NCBI GenBank assembly: GCA_035655615.1
Contig: DASRUA010000153.1
Location: 1,541 to 65,540 of the forward strand
DNA: 64,000 nt
Source: Dermatophilaceae bacterium
GTDB taxonomy: Bacteria; Actinomycetota; Actinomycetes; Actinomycetales; Dermatophilaceae
Direction of reading: 5' to 3'
The notes under the pieces were generated by a model. It was not told the DNA's origin and ran no database searches. It was given only the letters and a program-made list of their open reading frames with translations. Each line of letters starts with the position of its first letter. The stretch's first letter is position 1. The position numbers were made by a program, and so were the translations under genes. Positions 1-8,189 of this stretch are shown here, piece by piece.

Positions 1-153
1 GACGTCAATCAGACCGGATACCCGTCTCGTATGCGTGAGTGGAACTCCAGACAGCGCAGGAGCCCAACGAAACCAGAGCGGGGCCTTGACCAGGGGCATT
101 AAGCGTGTCATTTCATCCCAAGGTTGGATGCACAGCGACGAAGGAGAACCCTC

Positions 154-363
154 ATGACGAACAAGTCAGACAAGCCCCACAGTGACCAGCCTGATGCTGC
201 GACCTCGGCCGAGGATGTGAAGCGCAAGTTCCGCGAGGCGCTCGACAAGAAGCACGCCCACGGCGGGCGCAACGTCTCCGAAGACGGCGATCAGGCCAAG
301 ATTCATGACGCTCACGGACCGGCGAAAGCGCAGCAGATGTTCCGTCGCAAGAGCGGCGGCTGA
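154..363 (+). CDS. small conserved actinobacterial protein (DUF5302-like)
   Basis: ORF 124..363. AAGGAG at 141-146 precedes ATG 154. The charged low-complexity protein carries KRKFREALDKK and a C-terminal FRRKSGG. The family name is from memory. A hairpin terminator follows. Confidence 0.6.
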   Translation: MTNKSDKPHSDQPDAATSAEDVKRKFREALDKKHAHGGRNVSEDGDQAKIHDAHGPAKAQQMFRRKSGG

Positions 364-415
364 TCGCCACCGCCCAAGCGCCGCAACTGCCAGGCATCTG
401 CCGGCAAGTGCCGAA

Positions 416-453
416 GGGAGCCAGCCATGTTGATGTGGCTGGCTCCCTTTTGT
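416..453 (+). terminator. rho-independent terminator
   Basis: 12-bp perfect stem GGGAGCCAGCCA / TGGCTGGCTCCC with an 8-nt loop, followed by TTTTGT. It lies between convergent genes. Confidence 0.6.
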
Positions 454-510
454 CTGGGTAGAGCAGTCAGTGTGGGTCGGTCCTCGGAGGCCCGGTTGTC
501 ATCCGAGTGC

Positions 511-2007
511 TCAGGCCTGTGACTCGGCGATCCCCACGAGGGTGCGGATTCCGAAGCCGGTGCCCTGTTTGGGCGTGTAGCCCCACGGCGCCTCGTCGTT
601 GAACGCCGGGCCGGCGATGTCGAGGTGGGCCCACGGAATCGGCTCGCCGCTCTTGCCATTGCCGACGAACTCGGCCAGGAACCATCCTGCGAAGATCACA
701 CCGACCGGGCCGGACTGCAGCAGATCGGCCACGGCGGAGTCCAGGGTCGGGCGGATGTCCTCCAGCAGCGGGAAGGGCCAGAAGGGCTCGCCGGCCTCGT
801 CTGCGATGTCCTTGACGGCGAGTCGCAGGTCGTCGTCGTTGCTCAGGAAGGCTGCCGTGCGGTGGCCCAGGGCCATGACCGCGGCACCGGTGAGCGTGGC
901 GATGTCGATGATCAGGTCGGGCTTCTTCTCCGAGGCCAGCGCGAGGCCGTCGGCCAGGACCATGCGGCCTTCGGCGTCGGTGTTGTTCAGCTCGACGGTC
1001 CTGCCACCCCGGATGGTGACGACATCGCCCGGGCGGCAGGCGGCGGGGCCGGGCAGGTTCTCCGCGAGGCAGAGGTGCGCGGTGATCTGGACAGGCAGAC
1101 CCAGTTCGGCGATGGCGAAGACGGCGGAGGCGACGGCGGCAGCACCTGCCATGTCGCACTTCATCGTGGTCATGCTCTTGGAGGGTTTGATGGACAGGCC
1201 ACCGGAGTCGAAGGTGATGCCCTTGCCGACAAAGGCGACGTGCTTGGTGGCCTTGGCCGGCGCGTAGCGCAGGGTGACCACGCGCGGACCGCGGGACGAG
1301 CCCCCGCCAACTGCCAGGTGGCCGCCGAAGGCCCCCTTGGCCAGGTCATCCTCGTCGAGGATGGAGACCTTGACGTCGGTGCCGGCTGCGCGCTTCTTGA
1401 CCTGTGCTGCGAATGTCTCCGGATAGAGCTCGTTGGGTGCCTGGTTGACCAGGTCGCGGGCGTAGGTCGTGGCCTCGCCGAGGGTGATTGCGCGCTTGAC
1501 CGCGGCGCGCATCTCCTTGTTCCCGGCTGCCGGGGTCACGACGGTGATGGACTTGACCGGAGCGGAGCCGGGGCCCCTGGCGGCCGTCGTGATGGCGTAG
1601 GCCCCGAACAACGCACCCTGGGCCGTGGCGGCGGCCTCGGCCACGCCTTCTCCGGGTGCCAGGATGACGACCTTGGCCAGGCCACTGAGCTGGCGGGTGG
1701 CCGACCCGACCGCTCGGCGGATGGCTTCAGCATCGAGGGTGGCACCCTGCTCGACGACCTTGCCGGCACCTGTCACGACGACCAGTGCGGCAGCCACGCC
1801 GGGCACCGAGACCAGCTTGACGACCTCGTCGCTCTTGCCCTTGGCTTTGAGCGTGGAGAGCGCTGCCTCGAGGTGGGCGACGGTCTCCTCACCCAGCCCG
1901 TGTCCTGGTGCCAGAGCGGCACCCTTTTCGGTCTGGACGGAGACAAGGACGACTGCATCGCCCTTGAGCTCAGCCACGCTTCGGTTGGACACGGTCAAGG
2001 TGGTCAC
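511..2007 (-). CDS. pepA: leucyl aminopeptidase (M17 family)
   Basis: 498-aa ORF with the M17 signatures VGKGITFDSGG and NTDAEGR. Confidence 0.9.
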   Translation of the reverse strand: MTTLTVSNRSVAELKGDAVVLVSVQTEKGAALAPGHGLGEETVAHLEAALSTLKAKGKSDEVVKLVSVPGVAAALVVVTGAGKVVEQGATLDAEAIRRAVGSATRQLSGLAKVVILAPGEGVAEAAATAQGALFGAYAITTAARGPGSAPVKSITVVTPAAGNKEMRAAVKRAITLGEATTYARDLVNQAPNELYPETFAAQVKKRAAGTDVKVSILDEDDLAKGAFGGHLAVGGGSSRGPRVVTLRYAPAKATKHVAFVGKGITFDSGGLSIKPSKSMTTMKCDMAGAAAVASAVFAIAELGLPVQITAHLCLAENLPGPAACRPGDVVTIRGGRTVELNNTDAEGRMVLADGLALASEKKPDLIIDIATLTGAAVMALGHRTAAFLSNDDDLRLAVKDIADEAGEPFWPFPLLEDIRPTLDSAVADLLQSGPVGVIFAGWFLAEFVGNGKSGEPIPWAHLDIAGPAFNDEAPWGYTPKQGTGFGIRTLVGIAESQA

Positions 2008-2147
2008 AGGGTTACTGTCCTTCGTGGTCGGCGGTCGGTGGTCGGTGGTCGGTGTTGGGGCGCGGCCGGGGTGTCACGCCTTGGACGAGGGTCGTTCGTG
2101 ATCCACCGTGAGAATACCGTCAGCAGTTTGCGGATACGGTGGGCCTC

Positions 2148-3251
2148 ATGACTGACGCCTCGCTCAAGACCTCTCCCCTTCACGAACGTCACGTGGCCCT
2201 TGGTGCCAAGATGGCGGACTTCGGCGGCTGGGAGATGCCGATCGAGTACCCCGGCGGCGGAGTGGTGCGCGAGCACACGGCGGTCCGTGAACGGGTGGGC
2301 ATCTTCGACGTCAGCCACCTGGGCAAAGCCAGTGTCAAGGGGCCCGGCGCGGCGGCGTTCATCAACTCCTGTCTGACCAACGACCTGGGCCGTATCACCG
2401 AGGGCAAGGCGCAATACACCCTGTGCTGCGACGAGACGGGCGGGGTGGTCGATGACCTCATCGTCTATCTGCGCGCCGATGACGACGTCTTCCTGATTCC
2501 GAATGCTTCCAACACTGCTGAGGTGGTACGCCGGCTGCAGGCGGCTGCGCCCGAGGGTCTGGAGATCAAGAATCTCCACAACGGGTATGGCGTTATCGCG
2601 GTCCAGGGAACCAACAGTGACGAGGTCTTGGAGGCTCTCGGTCTGCCGACCGGCCACGAGTACATGTCCTTCGTCGAGGCCGACTGGAACGGCAGGCCGG
2701 TCATCGTCTGTCGCACCGGCTACACCGGCGAGCGCGGCTATGAGCTGGTGCCGCTCTGGGACGACTCGCCCGCTCTCTGGGACGCCCTCATCGCGGCGGC
2801 GGCCCCGTACGACGGGCTGCCCTGCGGGCTCGGCGCTCGCGACACCTTGCGAACCGAGATGGGATACCCGCTGCATGGCCACGACCTGAGCCTGGACATC
2901 ACGCCGGTGCAGGCGCGGTCCGGCTGGGCCGTCGGCTGGAAGAAGGACACGTTCTGGGGCAAGGACGCACTCGTCGCAGAGAAGGCCGCCGGCCCGAAGC
3001 GGGTCACCTGGGGCCTACTCGTCAGCGGCCGCGGTATTCCGCGCGATCACTGCCAGGTCAAGGCCGCGGATGGCACGATGCTGGGTGAGGTCACTTCCGG
3101 CACCTTCTCGCCAACTCTGAAGCAGGGAATCGCACTGGCCCTGCTCGGCCCGACGGCCAAGACAGGTGACCAGGTTCTCATCGACGTACGCGGTCGCGAC
3201 GTGGCGGCCACGGTCGTCAAGCCTCCTTTCGTCCAGGTTCAGATTCGCTAA
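2148..3251 (+). CDS. gcvT: glycine cleavage system aminomethyltransferase T
   Basis: ORF 2139..3251. The N-terminus reads [29 protein letters not shown] and [12 protein letters not shown] is typical of GcvT. ATG 2148 is preferred; GTG 2139 is an alternative start. Confidence 0.9.
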   Translation: MTDASLKTSPLHERHVALGAKMADFGGWEMPIEYPGGGVVREHTAVRERVGIFDVSHLGKASVKGPGAAAFINSCLTNDLGRITEGKAQYTLCCDETGGVVDDLIVYLRADDDVFLIPNASNTAEVVRRLQAAAPEGLEIKNLHNGYGVIAVQGTNSDEVLEALGLPTGHEYMSFVEADWNGRPVIVCRTGYTGERGYELVPLWDDSPALWDALIAAAAPYDGLPCGLGARDTLRTEMGYPLHGHDLSLDITPVQARSGWAVGWKKDTFWGKDALVAEKAAGPKRVTWGLLVSGRGIPRDHCQVKAADGTMLGEVTSGTFSPTLKQGIALALLGPTAKTGDQVLIDVRGRDVAATVVKPPFVQVQIR

Positions 3252-3260
3252 CACTGGCCC

Positions 3261-3677
3261 ATGGCCAGTGACGTCGTGGGACAAGGGACGGCTGCGGATC
3301 CCTGGGTGTTGAAGACCCCACCGGGGACATCCGACTACTCGATGCACAAGGACGAGTCGTCGGATCCGCCGCGTCTGGTATGCACGGTGGGCAAGACCAC
3401 GCTGTACTACCAGCTCCGGTGCATCCAGGACCTTCACGCGATGCTGCGTGAGCACGGCGGCTGGATGGAGCTGGGCTCGGCTGACGAACAGAAGCCGGCC
3501 AAGGACGGCACCGTCGAAGCCTGGGGTCGATCAGAGACTAATCCGGTCGGCGGGTGGTACGGCCTGAAGAAGGGGCTCCGTGGGCGGTTCGGGATGTACA
3601 TCCCCCCGCTGATGGAGGCGCTCGGTCTGGCGGAGCTGGAGCACAACCCGCGCAACAACCGGATGCGCGCCATCTGA
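3261..3677 (+). CDS. conserved hypothetical protein
   Basis: 138-aa ORF lying 10 nt after gcvT. The conserved-looking C-terminal block is WMELGSADEQKPAKDGTVEAWGRSETNPVGGWYGLKKGLRGRFGMY. I cannot assign a function. Confidence 0.6.
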   Translation: MASDVVGQGTAADPWVLKTPPGTSDYSMHKDESSDPPRLVCTVGKTTLYYQLRCIQDLHAMLREHGGWMELGSADEQKPAKDGTVEAWGRSETNPVGGWYGLKKGLRGRFGMYIPPLMEALGLAELEHNPRNNRMRAI

Positions 3678-3805
3678 AAAGCCCTGGCCTCTTGGCGACT
3701 TTACCGGTTGCCGGTCATCAAGTGGCGCGTCTCGAAGTTGACTGATCGATTGGCCGAGTGCGACCTGGTGCGGATCGCGGACATCAATGGCAGTGATGGG
3801 GTCGC

Positions 3806-4390
3806 TCAGCCGGTCTCGTCGGTGCCGGTCTGCCCCAGCTCTATCAACTGGCCCTCGAGGTAGGACTTCTGCCGCGCTTGGTGGTCACGCTCGGAGGCTC
3901 GCATCTCTTCGATCTCTTTCTGCAGCACGCTGCGCTCGCTACTGAGCCCTTGAAGCACCTCGGCCCTCTTCTCTTGGGCTACGACGACCATTCCTGTGGA
4001 ACGCTCACGCGCCTCACTGATAATGCGCTCATGCTCAGCAGTGGCCGCGACGATCAGCACATCGGCCTCTGCGACGAGCGCGTCGTGCTTGGCCTGGCTG
4101 GTCGAGATCAGCTCTTCCTTTATCGCGGTGGCTTCTCCAACGAGCTGGTCATGGCGTGACTGCCCTTCGGTGATAAGGCGCTGGCGCGTGTCCTGGCCCT
4201 CGGCGACGTACTCCTCGTGCAACTTCTGTGCCAGAGCCAGCACGCCAGCCGCCGAGTCCAAGTCTGTGGCGGCGGCACCGCCGACCTCGGCGGCGGCGGC
4301 CGCCTCTTCACGCTCAGCCGCCTCTGCCTCCGCCTCCAGAAAATCCGCGTTCGTCTTGGCATTGCGAGCGGCTTTGGCCATGAACGCCAT
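3806..4390 (-). CDS. coiled-coil protein (DivIVA-like, low complexity)
   Basis: 194-aa ORF with Ala/Glu-rich heptad-like sequence. A GAGGTG-type SD lies upstream of ATG 4390. Confidence 0.55.
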   Translation of the reverse strand: MAFMAKAARNAKTNADFLEAEAEAAEREEAAAAAEVGGAAATDLDSAAGVLALAQKLHEEYVAEGQDTRQRLITEGQSRHDQLVGEATAIKEELISTSQAKHDALVAEADVLIVAATAEHERIISEARERSTGMVVVAQEKRAEVLQGLSSERSVLQKEIEEMRASERDHQARQKSYLEGQLIELGQTGTDETG

Positions 4391-4973
4391 GTCTTCACCT
4401 CATTCGATTAGGTTCGGGTCACAACAATCATACGCAAGGCCATCGCCACGTACCGGCATACAACCTGAGGCTTGAGACAGTGCCAGGTCATGATGTGGGT
4501 GGCAGGGCCACCGTTCGTGGTGCTTGTGGGGCGACCTCGGAGCATTTGTTGGCGGGCTTTTCTTTATGCACAGATGCCATGTCTGCCAAACACCCTAAGG
4601 AGTGAAATAGCTGCCAGTGCCATCAAACTGACAAGCCCACACGAGTTACTGGCCGTATGCCTTTCATCCTGGGCCTTCATCCGAGAAGCAGCAGCGTGGT
4701 GTCGTGCCTGCGGAATCAGCGACTCGGCCTGACTTAGGGCTCCGGCAGCCAGCCGGAGCCCTCCCCACTGGGCACGACCCACTCCTTGGAGTGTTGATGG
4801 TGGCTTACGACGCTGCCTCAACGGCATGCCCAAACAGCCCAGCAACTGGCCAACATGTTGACGCTCATGTGATGCTCCTCACACCGCTACCCGGGACACC
4901 TCTGGGGGAAATGCTCGCCTGCATAATTGGTAGACAACGTTCGTGTTTCTGTCTCAGTCAGAAGGGAGAAGAC

Positions 4974-5621
4974 GTGCCTTCGACGACTGGAGAGGCGACG
5001 TCCCCACGCTTGGCACTCGGGCGGGGAGAGGGGGACTTCGACCGCCTCCTTGATGCGGTGCCTGATGCCCTAGTGGGGGTCGATCGGGCAGGCGTGATCC
5101 GGTACGTCAATCGCCGGGCGCAGTCCCTCTTTGGCTATGAACGCGACGACCTGGTCGGACAGCCCATCGAGACTCTCGTGCCGGAGTCCGTTCGGCCGGG
5201 CCACCCGGCGCACCGGGAGGCCTATTTCGCGGGCTCTGCGACTCGGCGGCCAAGACCCGATCCGCAGGGAACGAGTGAACAGAAGCCTCCAGCGTCACCA
5301 CGGTGCCTACGCGGACGGCGCCGGGACGGCACCGAGTTCCCCCTGAACCTCAGCTTGTCCCGGAACAACACCGAGGACGGCCCCCTGGTCATAGCGGCGG
5401 TGCACGATCTGACCGACAGCCAGAAGGCAAACGAGAAGCGCGACCGGATGAGCCGACTGGCGGCGATGGTCGAGTTCAGCGAGGACGCCAATATCAGCAT
5501 CGGGTCCGACGGGATCATCACGAGCTGGAACCCGGCCGCCGAGAGGATATACGGCTACTCCAGCAAGGAGATGATCGGCAAGCCCGGCTCCTTCGTGACT
5601 CCCGATCGGGCACCCCGCTGA
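4974..5621 (+). CDS. PAS-domain protein, apparently a truncated sensor fragment
   Basis: GAAGGGAG SD sits 6 nt before GTG 4974, in frame with ORF 4704..5621. The first PAS domain reads LLDAVPDALVGVDRAGVIRYVNRRAQSLFGYERDDLVG. A second PAS domain starts at IITSWNPAAERIYGYSSKEMIG and stops after about 35 residues. There is no output domain. Confidence 0.55.
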   Translation: MPSTTGEATSPRLALGRGEGDFDRLLDAVPDALVGVDRAGVIRYVNRRAQSLFGYERDDLVGQPIETLVPESVRPGHPAHREAYFAGSATRRPRPDPQGTSEQKPPASPRCLRGRRRDGTEFPLNLSLSRNNTEDGPLVIAAVHDLTDSQKANEKRDRMSRLAAMVEFSEDANISIGSDGIITSWNPAAERIYGYSSKEMIGKPGSFVTPDRAPR

Positions 5622-5814
5622 AGGTTCTCGTTTGGCGGCCAGCGGTCGGTGGCGATCTGGATGAACCCTTCCCAGACCGCCTCGATCGCCTCATCGCCTA
5701 GCCGGGGGCGGAGCTTGCTCATCTCGACCAGTGCCACCGCTGCGTTGTTGACTCCGACCTGCGCCCCAGACCCGAGCACTGACAGGCCCGCATGATTCCA
5801 GAACCACGAATCAC

Positions 5815-5952
5815 GTTGCGAAGAAACAAGGTTCGCAACACCCGCACCGTCCCTAGGTTAGCCACCGAAACACTCGCACCGTCCCTAGGTCTGCCGTCAA
5901 ACCGGCAGCACCGTCCCCAGGTTTGCGGGAAACCGCAGCACCGTCCCTCGGG
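5815..5952. repeat. four tandem ~31-bp units (hairpin + GCACCGTCCCTAGGT core)
   Basis: The core GCACCGTCCC[T/C][A/C]GG occurs at 5844, 5876, 5908 and 5938. Each core is preceded by a short stem-loop, for example CTGCCG-tcaaac-CGGCAG. Confidence 0.8.
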
Positions 5953-5970
5953 CTGGCGCTGACGTCGGGG

Positions 5971-6597
5971 TCAGCGGGCGGCTGCGTGAACGTCTAGGTA
6001 GCCCGCGCTGGCGCGCCACAACGCGTCGGCGACCGGCTCAAGCTTGCCGGGGCTGAACCGGCGTTGTTCGTAGGCGGCAGTGGTGGACTTCAATGCCCGC
6101 GTGCTCACGGCGAGCTCGGCCTCGAGCCTGGATGCCATCTCGCCGGGAGTCGGTTCTGGGAGACGCAACGTTTCCGCGGTGCCGTCGCGAAGGGCACACA
6201 ACGCGTCGACTGAGCGGTCCCCGGACTCATCCCGGATGCCGTGCTCGTCCCAGATCAGCAGCGGACGGCGGATGCGATGGTTCCACAGGGGTGCCTGCGT
6301 CGACCGCCACATGGCCATGACGGGGTTCTTTGACAGCCGGGTCGCCTGGGACCAGTGGTCGGCCCCAGCTGGAGGGCAGAACCAGGCCACCTCCTCAACC
6401 GGCAGGTCAACAGCCAGCACCACGCTCAGCCAGTCGAGATCGTCCCTGCTGTTCAGCACGTTTCCGAACGCCCAGAGCGCGGTGACCCGCAGCGGGAAGA
6501 TCGTGGCCGGCCGCCCAGCCATGTCGGCGCAGACGTGGGCGAGCTCTTCCAGATGGTGAACAGCGCGAGACCACTTCATTGACCCATCATCAGCCAT
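5971..6597 (-). CDS. conserved hypothetical protein
   Basis: 208-aa ORF with normal high-GC codon usage. I recognise no catalytic motif. Confidence 0.55.
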   Translation of the reverse strand: MADDGSMKWSRAVHHLEELAHVCADMAGRPATIFPLRVTALWAFGNVLNSRDDLDWLSVVLAVDLPVEEVAWFCPPAGADHWSQATRLSKNPVMAMWRSTQAPLWNHRIRRPLLIWDEHGIRDESGDRSVDALCALRDGTAETLRLPEPTPGEMASRLEAELAVSTRALKSTTAAYEQRRFSPGKLEPVADALWRASAGYLDVHAAAR

Positions 6598-6610
6598 CTG
6601 ACCACCGCTT

Positions 6611-7387
6611 TCATGAGTTCACAGACAGGAGCAGAGCGGAGGTGGTCAGCGCGACGGCGAAGGACACCTCGATGACAGCGCCGAGCACGTCACCCGTGAT
6701 CCCGCCGAAACGACGCGTGGCCCGATGGATCACGGCCACACCGCCGAGTGCTGCAGTGCACATCGCTACCGGTCCGGTCCACCAGGAAGGGCCGGACCAC
6801 CGGGTCGCCAGCGCCGAGATGCACAGCAGCAGAACGAAGCCCAGCGCCACCATGGCGGGTGGAACCGTGCCTGCAACGGTGGCACCCAGTCCCGCCCTGC
6901 GGGCGGAGGGCACCCCTTCGGAGCAGGCCCAGGCCAACATCTGCCGGCTCGCGACCACGCTGACAGCGATCAGGACCACCCCGGGTGCGGTGGTCAACAG
7001 AGAGGTCAGCGCCCCGGCGTCGACCAGGAGCACGAGGACTACGGCAGCTACGCCGCTGGGACCGATGTTGCCCCGGCGCATGACGTCAAGAGCGGTGACG
7101 CGGTCGTAGCTTGCCGACAACCCGTCGGCGGTGTCGGCGAGGCCGTCCAGGTGCATGCCGCGGGTGGCGAGGGTGATGGCGACCAAGGTCGTGGCGGCCG
7201 CCACCAGGGGAGGCACCGGCGCCTCACGAACCGCCCATCCCCAGAGCAGAAGCACGCCGACGAGGGGGAGCTGGGTGACCGGAGCCAGGGTCATCGCCCG
7301 TCCGGCGACCCGTCGGTCGATGCGGGTGGGAGCCGGCACCGGGATGGCGGTCAGCGTGCCGAATGCGAGCCTGAGACCGTCAAGCAT
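6611..7387 (-). CDS. cobS: adenosylcobinamide-GDP ribazoletransferase (cobalamin synthase)
   Basis: 258-aa polytopic membrane ORF with the HLDGLADTADG motif. Its start overlaps the cobU stop. Confidence 0.88.
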   Translation of the reverse strand: MLDGLRLAFGTLTAIPVPAPTRIDRRVAGRAMTLAPVTQLPLVGVLLLWGWAVREAPVPPLVAAATTLVAITLATRGMHLDGLADTADGLSASYDRVTALDVMRRGNIGPSGVAAVVLVLLVDAGALTSLLTTAPGVVLIAVSVVASRQMLAWACSEGVPSARRAGLGATVAGTVPPAMVALGFVLLLCISALATRWSGPSWWTGPVAMCTAALGGVAVIHRATRRFGGITGDVLGAVIEVSFAVALTTSALLLSVNS

Positions 7388-7938
7388 CAGTCGGCCACGA
7401 CCGGGCAGCCCGAAAGGTCCAGGACCCGCCCGGCGACCACCAGGGCAACATGGTCGCTGGCGCCGCTGACGGCGGCGTTGAGCCTGCCCAGGTCATCCCG
7501 GAACATCCGGCCCGACTCTGTGCCAGGCACAACAGACCAACCCACCTCGTTGCTGACCAGCACGATCTCGACCGTGGCTGAGCCCAGGGCCTCGAGCAGA
7601 CGTGCTGTCTCCTTCTCCAGATGGGACGCAGCCCTTTCGCGGTCCTGCCAGGCGTCGATGTCGTCGACCAGATGGGTCAGCCAGGTGGACAGGCAGTCGA
7701 CCAGGACCGGCCGGTCCGCCGCGCGGATGACTGCGGCGAGGTCAGTCGTCTCAAGGGTGGTCCAGTGCGCCGGCCGCCGGGCCTGATGCCGCAAGATGCG
7801 CTCTTCCCACTCAGGGTCAGAAGGGTCCGGCACCGGTCCGGGTGCAACGTAGGTAACCTCCGCGTAGGGGCGCATGAGGCTCTCGGCATACCGGCTCTTC
7901 CCGCTGCGCGCGCCACCGAGGACAAGAGTCACGCTCAT
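7387..7938 (-). CDS. cobU: bifunctional adenosylcobinamide kinase / adenosylcobinamide-phosphate guanylyltransferase
   Basis: 183-aa ORF with the P-loop VLGGARSGKSRYAE at the N-terminus. AAGGAG SD lies upstream. Confidence 0.88.
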   Translation of the reverse strand: MSVTLVLGGARSGKSRYAESLMRPYAEVTYVAPGPVPDPSDPEWEERILRHQARRPAHWTTLETTDLAAVIRAADRPVLVDCLSTWLTHLVDDIDAWQDRERAASHLEKETARLLEALGSATVEIVLVSNEVGWSVVPGTESGRMFRDDLGRLNAAVSGASDHVALVVAGRVLDLSGCPVVAD

Positions 7939-7947
7939 CAGTGCTCC

Positions 7948-8016
7948 TTGGGGCGAAGGTCTTGGGGTGATGGTCCGGGGCGATGGTTTTCGGGTGATCG
8001 TCTGGGGGTGATGGTC
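7948..8016. repeat. five tandem ~14-bp units (consensus TGGGGTGATGGTC)
   Basis: Units at 7948-7961, 7962-7975, 7976-7989, 7990-8002 and 8003-8016. They lie immediately upstream of the cobU start in the cobU/cobQ divergent region. Confidence 0.8.
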
Positions 8017-8189
8017 GCCGCTGGTCCCGCGCAGGGGCCTGGCGTGGGATACACGGTACCGAGCCGACTACCGTTGCCGGGCAGGCAGTGCCGCGCGGCA
8101 CCTGACGAAGGAGACACGGGTGGGCTTTCCGGCTCGGGACAGGACTGGGGCAATTGCTCAGGCGGGGCTGACACTACTGAGGCGCGGTC

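Noticed and set aside
2008-2147. Possible glycine riboswitch upstream of gcvT, a common arrangement in Actinobacteria.
   Set aside because: I could not find the conserved GGAGAG...CACCGAAGGGGCAA-type cores on the plus strand. The spacer is short and is mostly a heptamer repeat. A covariance-model scan would be decisive. Without one, I do not call it.
625-2151. Very long antisense or alternative-frame ORFs throughout the window, for example 625..2151, 8174..9349, 19279..21144, 27855..29711, 58128..59327 upstream part and 62456..63721.
   Set aside because: These are typical high-GC artefacts. The translations are Arg/Pro/Gly/Ala-rich with no motifs, and each lies opposite or out of frame to a gene with clear family signatures.
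5815-5952. CRISPR array interpretation of the ~31-bp periodic repeats.
   Set aside because: The units are contiguous with no unique spacers between them. There are only four copies and no cas genes in the window. The same unit occurs as a dispersed element at 19008-19075.
8017-8189. Possible cobalamin riboswitch in front of cobQ.
   Set aside because: There are only loose resemblances, such as GGTCCCGCGCAGGGG against the usual GGTCCCGCCACTG. I found no recognisable B12 box and no GGTG..AATCC core. This is not supportable by eye.
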